Assembly (NCBI GenBank): GCA_965235115.1
Contig: OZ249436.1
Span: forward strand, 48,052,001 to 48,116,000
Length of the DNA stretch: 64,000 nt
Direction of reading: 5' to 3'
Source of the DNA: Laetmonice hystrix
Taxonomy: Eukaryota
A program made the translations under genes and the position numbers. This document shows positions 24,213 to 36,690 of this stretch, one piece after another; position 1 is the stretch's first letter, and every line of letters starts with the position of its first letter. The notes under the pieces were generated by a model. The model searched no databases, had not been told where the DNA came from, and saw only the letters and a list, made by a program, of their open reading frames with translations.

Positions 24213-25799
24213 TAATGACATACCATCATCTTCGGTGTAAGGGGCGCACTTCCCAGAGAGCGCCAATTGGGGAAAAATCAAACCAATAGGCCTACTCAAT
24301 CCTCTGGAGTATTAGAGCCTACATCTAGTTGTCTTGGTCTAGTTTCTATTATAACATGGACGGTGAAACATGGTTTAGTCAAGATTAGTCAATGATTAGT
24401 TTATGCAAATGGAAGCCAACCTGCCTGGTGTATTATAATGAATAATGCCTGTCATGGAAGTATAAGAAATCGATGAACCTTTCTCAAGATTATCCATTGT
24501 GCACCTTGATGCATTGTATTACCGCAATCAACGTCTGTACAATCGATTCAGATATAGGTCGCAAACCTCATGCTTGTTTCTACTTATATCTTGCCTCCTC
24601 AAACTTCCTCACTCCTCAAACTATAGCCTCATTGCCGAGTGCTTCTCCCTGCACTGACAGGCTAGTAAGGGTAAAGACCCAGGTCAACTGCTACATCTAC
24701 CCAGGTTAGGTAAAGCCTAACGATCAGCTCGATCCTAGTTAATTTCTAAATGGTACTTATAGTACAGTAGAAATTGGCATATTTTTGGCCAAACTCAGAC
24801 ATTTAGTATAATAACCTTTTTTCGGGTGGGGGGGGGGGCGGCAGGAAACTTCAACCCGAATCAATACTGGGGGGCAATCAAACACCATTACTAGAACGAG
24901 GAGCTGACACAAAGGAGATTGTTAGCCTATATTGGTCTCATCTTATTCTGCAATCTTACAGCGTGAAACATGAGATTCATATCAAAGCTAGTATGAAGAG
25001 GCACTTGCTGGGGGGTACCACCGACCATTAGTCCACGTAATACTGCAGCAGATACTACTTCCTGCGTCATGTTACATCGTACTTACACTCAACACACTGA
25101 GGCATTTCTCTGAAAGGCCGTCGATCTCCAGCTATGTATAATTAATGTAATGTTATGTAAATAAACATTAAAATAGAATGCCTGAGAACTAGTTTAGAAA
25201 GTCAAACATGAGCAGGAAAGACACGTAAATTGATGACTTCAAGCACTTTGTCACATTGAGTTTCATGAGATAATTTTCAAAAACTTTATTTCTGTATTAC
25301 GATTCTCATCAAATTCATCAAAATCGTAGTCTGAAAGTTGATCTTATTGTCCTATCTCTAAACAATAACTATATTGTGCGACTTCGTACACTTCAGAGCG
25401 ATCTCGTCTTCATTATAATAGAGTGCTATTACAGAGTACTAGATATAGACTTTTGTATTGAAGCCTATACGAGTCGCTTTCTGAGAAAATGGATTGTTTA
25501 ATTTGATTTGAGCTAGGTTCTCATGGAGATGCTTTATCATGTTGCTAGACTGTATTTTGAATCCCTTCATAATATGATAAGTCTGGTTAGAAAGTACGAA
25601 CAGGGATCGATCTTCAATTCCACCACCTCCTGGTAAATCAACGGTTGTTCTAATGATCGAACGCTACACATTGTTGCGGCCAGGCTTCGCTGCCGCTGGA
25701 CATTTAATATAGTTGGCCTCCCCCGTATATATATCTATATATTCGCTTATCACTGTGTACTTTATTATCTTATATGTTATGTATTGATATGTATCGATA

Positions 25800-26103
25800 C
25801 CGTTGTCATGGTGAGTTGACACAGTTTCCGATTACCCCCCCCCCCCACATTGAAGTTACCCCCCGGTAATCTGAAGCTTCCTTCAAATTACCCCCCTCCC
25901 CCCAGTTTCAGGTTACAAAAATAAACTTCGGATAAAAAAAATGCTTCGCGCGTTAATTCACATAGACCTAACCCTAAACTTACCTTAACCCTAACCGAGG
26001 GGCTTTTTGAAACCAACTTCAGATTACCGGGGGGTAATTTGAAGCTAGCTTCAGGTTACCCCCCGGTAATCTGACAGGGGGTAATTTGAAATTGGTACAC
26101 CGG
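25800..26103. mobile_element. CCG..CGG MITE with internal ttacccccc repeats and a telomere-like tract
   Basis: Multiple ttaccccccggtaat / gggggtaattt inverted motifs; cctaaccctaaacttaccttaaccctaacc at about 25967-25996. Confidence 0.65.
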
Positions 26104-26181
26104 CACGGCACGGGTCCACTGCTGGCAAAGCGGAGGGGGTGGAGTTCCGGGCCGGGATGCTGACGCGGACGGAGTTCCATA

Positions 26182-26905
26182 TATCGGGTGAATAAAAAAA
26201 ACGCCCCGAACTTTAAACTTTAATATTTCAAAAACTATGCATTATAATTCAATAAAATTTCTCTTAATATCACTTCATGATATTATTTCTGGTGTGTTAA
26301 AGTTTCAGCTCAATAGCTTTGATATTAATCTCGTGGCGCTAAAAACAAAAATCAGTGTCTAAAAACGCAATGCCTGAATTAGTTCAAATATCATGCAGCT
26401 GCCAGGTGTCCAATTTGACACCTGTTTGATGCACCGCCTTGTACCTTGGGTAAAAAAAAATCAATATTTAGTTTTTCCATGTTTTACAATATGTATCATG
26501 TTGTGGACCACTAGATATAATAAAATATGTGCTATTCCTAGTACTTTTAGAGAAAAACAGATGTTTAATGTGCCAAACCCTACAGAGAAACTGCAACATT
26601 AGGACGATATGGCTGTAACGAGAAGTTCAAGGGAAATCGTATCATTATCACATTTAGCAACACATTCAAAACGTTGCATATTTTCCAATGTTGGGAAGAT
26701 ATTTCCCTATCAGAGATCAGGAAGCACATTGGCTCATGGAAAAAGAGACTGAGAGCAGTATGAAGTGAAAACCGAGGACCGATTGACCACCTACTCGAGT
26801 GTGAGGCCAGGGACTCTGGGTGCGACTACAACTCGCTTTAGCCCGGCATTGCGCTTTTGTACAATGATTTTTGTTTTTAGCCCCACAGAAATATTATCCA
26901 ACTCT
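26182..26905. mobile_element. Tc1/mariner-like non-autonomous element with truncated right TIR
   Basis: Left end TA-tcgggtgaataaaaaaaacgccccgaac; gctaaaaacaaaaatca..gt..aaaa.cgcaatgcc (about 26338-26374) is inverted at about 26845-26882. Confidence 0.55.
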
Positions 26906-27028
26906 ATATTATGTATACGTCTGAGAATACAATGATCATCACCGCCAGCCGTCGTTGACTTGTCATCACTGGGGTACCTGGTACGGTAAGCCCCCCGTCT
27001 CCCTCCTACCTCCGACCGCCTCTCCAGG

Positions 27029-27113
27029 GTGGGTCCACAACATATTTGGTGACCGCGATGGGACGTGGGTCCACAACATATTTGGTGACCGCGATGGGAC
27101 GTGGGTCCACAAC
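27029..27113. repeat. 36-bp tandem repeat, about 2.4 copies
   Basis: gtgggtccacaacatatttggtgaccgcgatgggac. Confidence 0.9.
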
Positions 27114-29659
27114 AACATGTCTGACGATCTCGTTACCCCACCCCCACCTTACCCCATACGGCACCCGATCCCATTCCCACCCCACCCCCGCCCACTCCAT
27201 ACTAGGAAGGAGGCAGGCCACCAACAAGCGCGTAGAATACAATTACCACCATTCTCCATTTCCTCCTTCCGGACATAACATACGTCACATATACGTCACA
27301 TACGTCACAAACGTCATCCACACGAGACACCCTACTTGATAACCATCCGTAGCTTTGAGGTGATATATATTACTACCGCGCAACTCATAATTAGGATTTG
27401 AATCCCTCTCCATCTGAATCATCCTACCGGTCCGATAACAGGATGTCGAACTGAGTCGGCGCCATTGGAATGATGTATGACGGGACGAGAACAACGGCAA
27501 AACTTCTCAAAATGATAGAGCGAGCGTTTGCCTTGATGACTGGGCATTGCCGGCGAATTGCAGACTGACAAATCTCTTCCAATCTTAAGCGACACTGTAG
27601 AAGATCAGAGGAGGCATGTAGTGCCACTTGCCAACTTGATATCTTTTGTCTGTATTTAAGGTGGCGTGATGAAGTGTCGCGACCAGTCGCCACCAGGTGT
27701 CGTTGTATGCTCCTCGCTCTGAGAGAGGCGGGGCAATGCGTCTTGTCGTTGGTTGCCAGGGAAACACGACAGGCGGATCAAAGGCTAACTGCAAGCAACC
27801 CGTTATGAAATTGAAGGAAGATGGATCAGAACCGGGTGAGGATGAGAACAGACCGCCTGAAGAAAATCATAAACGTGTTTAGCCACGGGACATTTCCATT
27901 TAAAAGAAGCAGTAGGACGAAGCTCTGCTTTCATCTCAGATTATCTCCATTCTGTGGTCCTATTGGCGAGGTTTGATGAGGACGGAGAGAACTGCAAGAC
28001 ACAACAATTTCAATTCACTCGAACGAATTCCGATGACTGGAGATGAACTGATATGGACATGCTTGCCTGTCGACATTATATGATATTGGAACGAGGAACA
28101 AAATCTTAATTATATAATGAAATGAAACTTACGGTGTAGCTAATTATGTTCCCCAAAAAACTTTAATGATAAGCCTGGTTTGAGGCGCAGCAATTCGATT
28201 TATGGTGTAACCAAACAACGCTGAAAAACTCGCGAAAACCGAGGAAAGACGCATGGGACTACTCATTAAAGAACAACGCTTATAATATTTATTATGAGTA
28301 AATGTGAAACCCGCTGATTTGAGGATGTGACAAAAAGGGAGAGTTTGTCGGCCGACAAGAACAGAAATGCCCTGTCGGCAAGAGGCTGAATGGAGAGCTT
28401 CACGAGAACCAACTCTACTGACAATATCTGAGAGATAACGTGGAAAGACTGGCGTCATGTGACTTCTACGAGAACACAAAATTAGATGACGTTGTAGTCC
28501 TGCAGACCCGATATTTTTTCTTCTTGTCAAGGCAGGCAGCCCGGCTCAAATATTCCCGGTAGGAGATCAGGCCTAAACTTGGTTTAACCCAGGTAGAAGT
28601 GACATCGAGGTAGACCATTGGCCGGACACCGATCAATGGAGAAGAACTTTGGGCGATTCTTGCCCTAAGGTGAGGCAGACAAGTATAGTGTTCTGACTGT
28701 TATAATTACGTTTGCAGTCACGACATGGGGTCGACGGGTCGGATCGATTTCCGAGCACCCATCCCATCAGTCAAGTTAGAGCACGAGTCTGCACCCTCAG
28801 GTTGGAGAGGGGTTGCATGCCAGAGTATACGGACGCCCAAAAGGGACACATCCATTCGGATTCTATTAATGTATTGTGACGTTAAAACGTACCAGACGGC
28901 AGTGGAAGGCGACGTGAAGCGTTTGTACGTGCGGAAATTAGTGTCGTCATCAATGCCGCGAAACTGATCTCGTGACACAGTGATCGTCATCGGGGGTTGT
29001 TTCGAACGGGTGGTGAACTGATTGGGGGGTTGGGGGGTTGGGGGGTTGGGGGGGGGGGGTGCGGAACGTGGCGACGCCAACCTCCGGGTCGGCATTCGGA
29101 ACACGTGTCTATTAGCAAGTAGATGGGAAATCTGGAAACCACACGTTCTGTTCGTTAAACTCATCAACCCGCTGAAAGCATGGTGCAATGAGAATCTATT
29201 GCACCATTTCAGTCTCGATTTCGTCGTCACAAAACAGGCGTCAGCCTGGAGAGAGGGGTTGCGAACATTGGAAAACGCTGGCGGGAATTCTCAGGTGTTT
29301 TCATGCAGTGTGTAAACATTCCTTGACGGCATTCGGGTTTGTTGACGCACATGATCGAGCGCAAACGTCAATTAGTTCGTGTCTACGTTTGCTGTTGTTG
29401 TAATATGACTACATGTGCTGGCACTCGATGTCTGCCTTTGGATGCCGCAGGCACCAGCGACGCCGGGGAGAATAGATCGGCAACGAATTTTCGATCTGGT
29501 CAAATAACATAATACAATAAGTATTATTATAATAAGCGGCATGTGTTGATATATATAAGATATGCCTGACACGTCTGTCTATATGTACCAGGGTATGTGT
29601 TGGATGGTCTAATTTTATAGCTATGGGGCGACTGTATTCTTTAGAAGTACTATAGGGCA

Positions 29660-29949
29660 TTCCCTGGTTTCAGAAAGGATCTAAGCAGCAAGCTTGAAGC
29701 TAAGCAGGGCTACGGTGGCCCAGAGGACACAGGCAATTTAACTTTCTACGTTGATTTTCATGGATATTTTTACGGCAGCTGAAAAATCCCCGAGGTGAAA
29801 ATATTACCACCGCGGTGAAATTATTATCACTCCAAAAATCTCGATGAAAATCAATCTAGAAATTTAAAAACGATAAAGGTCTACTACGGGCTGCCGTAGC
29901 TCTGCTTAGTTTAAAGCTTGCTGCTTAGAGCCTTTCTGAAACCAGGGCC
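29660..29949. mobile_element. Harbinger-like MITE with about 65-bp TIRs
   Basis: ccctggtttcagaaagg.tctaagcagcaagctt.aa.ctaagcag.gctacgg mirrored at 29885-29947. Confidence 0.8.
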
Positions 29950-31144
29950 TGGAAGGGATCTAGTGATTCTCGATCCCGAGCTTTTAAAAGGGTTGACGAT
30001 CTTACACGTCAGCGAGCTGGGAAAATGGGGTCATGTTACTGCTAATGGCCGCCCCCAAACCGTTAAACCAATCGGCACTTCCGAGGCCATTTCCGTTTGA
30101 GAAATAACCTCAGATGTAAGTCAGGCCCAAAGCTACAGACGTACAACGTCGATGTGAGGAGGCTCGACCACATCACCGCTCATGTTCTACCGTGAAACTT
30201 GCATTTTGGTGTATCCGGTAGTATTGAAGTGGGATTTTAACACAAATTTCAGTCTTTGAAAAGTTGAAATCCGCGAATCCGAAAGATGTTCATCGTTGTC
30301 CTCAACATCCATACCATTTTAACTAAATGGGTCACATGACTCCATGGAATCATGTGACTGGAAGTAGTTCAACATGGCAGCGCCCGTAATATATTCGAAA
30401 TGTTCTTTGCGTACGGGAAAGCCCGAGATGTTGCGATTACCGTTAAAACTGTGTTCTAACTTCACTAAAGTTGACTGTCTCCCTCAGTCTGGGTTACCCG
30501 ACTCTGTGCGAGAGTCTGGGCAGGTTTGTGCATTGCATTTGTTCGTCGCAGGGTGGCGTGGTAGTAGCACGTCACCTTCCCCACCCGTGCTCGCATGTTG
30601 TAAGCGGATTCCGTAATTCCGAATGCGTCTCAGTCAACAGGTATTGATGATTGACTAAGCCTAACACCATGATCAACACCGATCATGCAGATACAATGTT
30701 TCGCACAAGTCAGCCTGTGACCGAATAGTCCGGGCGTATACTTCTCTTTCATAACCTCGGGGACTAGACCTGATCACGTCAGATTTTATATTCTAACGCG
30801 TGGCGCCTCTTGCTAGATTACCGGTAAATTATTGACCAATCTGCTGGCAGCAAACCGGACACTGAAACCTTGTAAACGGGCCGCTTATGTACTGAATGCT
30901 CGCGAACAACTCGGATACAAACTTGTCAAGACCCTCTGCTCGGGCCGCTGAGGGTCTGGATAATCAAGATTGTGTCTCCCTTACAACGGCGCAGGAAGCA
31001 AATTATTGGGGGAAAGAGATCTTGGTTCAACGGTATGCGGGATAACATGCATTTTTTTCATTCGAGATCACAGATTATTGGGGGTATGACCTCACCCATC
31101 CAGATTATTGCCCCCCCCCCCGCTTCCGGTGCTCCCGCCCCCTG

Positions 31145-31237
31145 GGGTCTGTCTTACTAAGGTCTGGTTATTAACGTTAAATTTACCTGGCCGTGAATGG
31201 GAAATCGTTGATAACCAGACCCTAGTAAGACAGGCCC
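31145..31237. mobile_element. Tiny Harbinger-like MITE (about 93 bp)
   Basis: gggtctgtcttactaaggtctggttattaacg / cgttgataaccagaccctagtaagacaggccc. Confidence 0.75.
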
Positions 31238-32164
31238 TTGTGTGAATGACAGAGTGGGTGGTTAGTGTAAGACGGAAACTTTGTGTTCACCAGTGAGTCC
31301 GACCGGTGATGTTGAGAATGATGGCAGTACCGGTGGCGTTGGTGATGGAGGTGGACTAATAGGTCCACTGGTGACCATAAAACAATGACTTGTTCTGACA
31401 GCACCATCCATTCATGGAACAAACTAATTCTAACATATGGGCAAATGACCTTTGGTAACCTTGGTACCACCGGGCAAGGCAGCGAAGAGAATGTGCATAA
31501 TTATTAAACAGCCATTTATGCCCCAAAACGATGAATCCGCCAGGGCAATTCTTGGCCAATCCCATGCCGTCGGTCTATTTTACTCGCCCTCACAATATGA
31601 ATGGTTGACCCCCCCCCCCCCCCTCAGCGGGGTCCCACATTACCCGCCGCGGATCCTAGGTGATACCTTCACCCGCCGCGGTCTCGCATCGCTCACTGTG
31701 GTCACTTCCTACTCCTCTCCCCAGGGGGCGCACGGAGGAGTAATTGGTAGTACAGCTCCAGCCTCAAAATTGCCTGAATTGGGCAACGCTCTTTGTTTCC
31801 TCAACCCCCCCCCCCCCCGCTCCACCACCATCACCCCTTCACAATTAGGCCTACCGCCATGTACCCCCCGTTCATGCCAAGTACCCCTCGCTCATGCCGA
31901 AGAGCTGGGATTGGCGGCTGCCCACGCTGTCGGCCAGCGCTTGCAATTTTACCGATTGTGTGGGCGCTGGGTTACCACCGTAAGAACAATGCTAGGCCTA
32001 TATTTAAATGAGACGATGAAAATGATTTTGAACTAGCTAGACTTGATTGAGCTAGACTGGTGAAGTGACTAATTAGGAAGTTTAATAGGCCTATAGGCTC
32101 TTTCGGTGCAATCTTAAATTATTATGAACGCATTACCAGCATTATGAACGGATGTATCTGATTG

Positions 32165-32559
32165 CAGGGGCGTAGGAAAAGGGGGGGCCAGGGGGGCCAT
32201 GCCCCCCCCCCCCCACTTTGAAATGAGGGGGGCCAGAGTATCTTTTGGCCCCCCCCCCCTCCCACTTTTATCCTCCCCTTGACTTTTGCCATTGGAAGTG
32301 TATGGAAGTCTATGGGGGGAGGGTATTTTCTCATATTTCAGACCTTATTTTGTGCTCTAAGATGCACCAAAATGTCACCAAATTACACTATAAATTCAAA
32401 TTTTTTCGGGGGGGGGGGGCATGCCCCGGACCCCCTAGCATGGCTTCGCGCCTTCGGCGCTCGACCAGTCCCCCCACCAAACTGTAATCCCTCTCGAAAA
32501 GTCCTGCGCATGGCCCTGTTGGCCCCCCCCCCACTTTTAAAGTGCTTCCTACGCCTCTG
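32165..32559. mobile_element. CAG..CTG MITE with 5-bp TSD (GATTG)
   Basis: caggggcgtagga ... tcctacgcctctg; GATTG on both sides. Confidence 0.85.
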
Positions 32560-35100
32560 GATTGGTTGCTAACAGTGGGTAGGCCTACGTGACGACGGAA
32601 ATAATACTGAGATGACGCTGACCCAGCGTCAATCACCGCAGTGACTGCGTGGTAACAGAGCGTGGCAGCTGCTAGTAATCGTGATTCTAATTCCACCGCT
32701 GCCGCCAGGCGGTGCCAGGTTTTCATCCTGGGATTAAACCTTACCTGTAGCACACCTCTCTGCCCAAAGCAATCATTGGTTATGTCATTCGTATTCAGAA
32801 ACATTGAAATGGCTGAGCGGAAACTATTATACTGCCTGTATTGAAGCAGTAATGCATTCTGATAACCTTCGGCGGTTTCTCTTCGGTAATGTTCGGCCTC
32901 ATCCTCAGAACAGTGGGAAACTAAGGGTCGCGGATTCTGCAGGCAGTAAACAGTCTATAATATAGTCCACTACGATTTTTTTTTATTCTCGTGAATGAAT
33001 TCCTATAGGCCCTATTACATCAAATTTGAATTGTGGTTCTTAAATACAGGATCAACTGCCAAGATTTGATCATGTTCAGGTACACACTCCTTCCCATGAC
33101 CCTCTTCGTGCCTCGACTGTCATGTCACAACTGTCACTGCCACAAGTGGCAAACTGGTTCCCTGCCTAGAGGAGTGAAGCAGGGACCCAGCCAGTGCCAG
33201 GCTGCCGGGACTACTCCTCTGCTGTTTTCATGATGTCGTGAGCAATAAAAACTCCAAAAACCTTTTCTAATTTGTGGCTGAGGTTGTTACCTTGCCATCT
33301 CTTATCTCCTATCCTATCGTGCAAACAGCAAAAACATCCCACAGAATATAATTTGATGGGCTATTTGCTGTTTGCGCGGGATCCCCGCCCTGCGGAGTGA
33401 GCCCAACTTGGTGAGCCGTCTACGCGGAACGCGGAACGCGCGACCTGCTCACATCCGACAATGAAATAGTTCTTAAAATAAATGCGAAGGAATGTTCTCG
33501 GGATAGAACATATCATGTTGATGCTGGTTTATTATGTGATATCTAAACATTTTAAACACTATTGGTGAAATCTAGCTTATATGGTACCTATTTTAGGTGT
33601 ATATGAACTTTGTGGCTGTCGACCACCAAATTTGCAAGTTGTGGCAGTGAGGCTTGAGAGAACCGAGGGGCTCATGGGAAGGAGTTTTGTCCAGGTACTG
33701 AAATTAAATTAATACCTGTATTACGTTTGAAGTCATCTGGCAACATTCAGCAGGTGCTTGTCGGCAATTTCCGTCACCGGAATTTCCGACAGCGGTCGAC
33801 AAACTACAAAATGGCGTTAGAAGTTTATTATGCCAAGAGCCCTAAAAAACGTTTCTGTTATAATCACGGTAAAATGAAAGCAGGTAGAAGCACTGAAGTC
33901 AATCTTCTGTGGTAAAGGTTACGTTTTGTGGGCTCCCTTGGGCTTCCCTGGTCATGGGAATCGTGAAAGTCGGGCTATCCCAGAGTCACAATTCACCAGA
34001 GGTGAATTCATTCCTCGCTACTTGGGGACCAGAGTGGTCGTAATGACCAGCCACTAACTCCCTGGACCAAGTGATTTATAATCGTTCCATCAAAAAGTCG
34101 TATAGCATTAGCGCCGGATCAGTATGTGTACGACAAGAACAACAAGGAGTCCTCCTATCTATACGAGGCCTTATGACGCCACACGTCAGGTCATGCACAT
34201 GACGTCAGACAAGACCTTATTCGCCCACATATATCAAGTGGTAAATGAGTTATAAAGCCATAAGCTATTCGCTTCTCATTTTCTCCGCTGGCGGAAGCCT
34301 GTCAATTTAAGCCCACAGCCGTCTGCTGCATGGAGTAATGAATCTGCGTTTATTTTCGCCACTTGCTGGGTGTAGACGAGACAGATAAAGCTGGGGCATA
34401 TTCTAACGTGCTAACGTGTTAAAATCATGACATTTTATCAGTCTTATGGTTGTCCATAGTAGACAAAAATGGGAATTCATAGTCTCATACATCTGTATGA
34501 GCTCACATCTTAAATACGTGATTTATGTCTATACATTGTGTAATGGGGCTAACCACACTCGGACATTTCGTCTGACCGACAGGCCGGAGGCCGGCAGCAT
34601 CCTTTATAAGTCACCAACACCCACCGACCGGGCCCTTCATTCATCCCCGAGGTGAAATTTCCTTGCTTCAAACCGTGAAATATGGATTGCCTCAGAGCTG
34701 TGGTAGATATTATACAGCGAAGGATGACAGTAGTCCTTTGTCCTGCCCCCCAGTTTTATGTCATTGTCAGTGGAACTCAATGAACGAACGGATCCGTGCA
34801 GACCCGCCTTTAGCATATAATAATCTGACAACTATTATGTTCCATCTTCCGCAGCTTCACGACATTGATCCAGTAGCTTCTTGTTTATTCATGATGTTAC
34901 GACCTCTACCAGACATAGGTAATTCTGAGGGTGACTGCAGCAACTCGACCTGTCTATGTGATGGGTTGAAAACTATAAACAACAGCCGGCCAGAAACGTC
35001 TATAAAATACCCTGGCTACTGGAGAGTTCCTCCTAAATATCCATGTGATACGGTACATGGCATCCAGCACTTTAGTTTAGTCCCATTTTTACTTACTTAA

Positions 35101-35675
35101 CGGAAAATGTGAGTGTTCGAATCGACCACTATAGAATTTTCAAAATATTTGTATGGTGGATAGCATTTGTCCTTAGGAGTACAAAGAAACAAAAAAAAAA
35201 TCATATGTCACCGAATTAGATTTTTTTATACATGTCTCCGTAAAAAATGGGTCTTTACTATAGGTTTCAATGGGAAAAACAGGATTCTTCAGACATCTTG
35301 ACTAATAGTTAAAAAATTACCACAAATTTTCTCCTGAAACTCGGTCACAAGTTAAGGGGATCAGGACTAATAGTTTAAAACAAAATAAATTGGGGGTCAC
35401 CGAATCAAAAAAAAAGTTACAGCCTGCCAAACAGTCAGTGCCTTGGTAAAACACGGGTCTTAACCATAGCATTCAATGGAGTAGACAGGTTCTGACACAC
35501 AGTTTGGTTCATGGTTTAGAAAATACTACTGATTTCCACATCAAACTAGTTGACTGCATAAATAAGCCAAACATTTTTCTGTTAAAGCTCACTACGCGGC
35601 GCTTTGAATACTCACATTTCCCCCTTGGTACCAACGCGACTCACTAGGTGGCGCTTTGAACACTCACATTTCCCT
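35101..35675. mobile_element. TTAA-flanked non-autonomous element (Kolobok-like) with a duplicated right end
   Basis: TTAA|cggaaaatgtgagtgttc ... gaacactcacattttccct|TTAA; an extra copy of the right terminus at about 35597-35623. Confidence 0.75.
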
Positions 35676-36167
35676 TTAATCTCCCGACCCCTGATACGAG
35701 AATTGCCTTGAAAGACCTTTTCCACTTGGAACATTTAACATCAAGGACACCTTCATCTCCCTTCGAGTGAAGGTCCTTACAATGTAGAACTAATGAGGGT
35801 TCTCGAGGAATTCGTCCATTTTAATTAGATTAATATATCGGCTCATACATTGAGTACCTTAGGAAATCTTGCTGGGAATTCCTCTAACAGGTAAAGTCGA
35901 GGATAGACTCGACAAAAGAAGGACCCTCTAACCATATCTGTGGGATTCAGAACAATTAGTGCACGTCATATCACTCATCACCGAAAAGAGCTTTCAGGTA
36001 CAACTTGAAAAGGATGGCTTTGATCGGGAAGAAAAGTTCCGTCTAACTGGTCAGTCGGCGATCTCGAGAATGTTCAACTTGAATACAGCTTACCTAAGTA
36101 AACTTACAGGTTTTTGATTGGTTGGTCTGCTTTGACCAGTCAATCAGAAGCCAGTAGGTTTAATTAA

Positions 36168-36690
36168 AGCAATCACCGAGTATCTCTCATTTCAATGACT
36201 GCAAAATGCAGAAATGGGCTATAAGGTAAGGTTAGGCCTTTGACTACATAAATCGATACATGTTTTCCCATAGAAATGGAGAAATCTAATGGAATTCAAC
36301 ATTCCAGTTGCCTGTTGTCGCCATGAAGCTAACGTCGCATGGTTGATTGCAATCGGGAATCCCTCGGTCATTTCGGATAGCAGAAATGACGTCATATGCC
36401 CGAGGGAATCCCGAATGGGTTGGTTGTTGACCTGGCGTTACAGCCAATAAGATTCATCGGCCGATGAACCGATGAATTTCATTGGCTATTCAATTCAATG
36501 CCAGGTCAAGAACCAGCCATAAGACGTTCGCTTCATGGCGACAACAGGCAACTGGAATGTTGACTTTCATCAGATTTCTCCATTTCTGTGGGAAAACATT
36601 ATTGATTTATGTAGTCAAAGGCCTTAAATAACCGAACAGCCCATGTCTACATTTTGGAGTCAATGAAATGAGAGATACTCGGTGACTGCT
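36168..36690. mobile_element. TTAA/Kolobok-like fold-back element with about 180-bp TIRs, inserted in an older MITE (about 36055-36728)
   Basis: TTAA|agcaatcaccgagtatctctcatttca... is mirrored at 36510-36690; a second, truncated copy at 44409-44663 ends ctcggtgattgct|TTAA. Confidence 0.88.
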
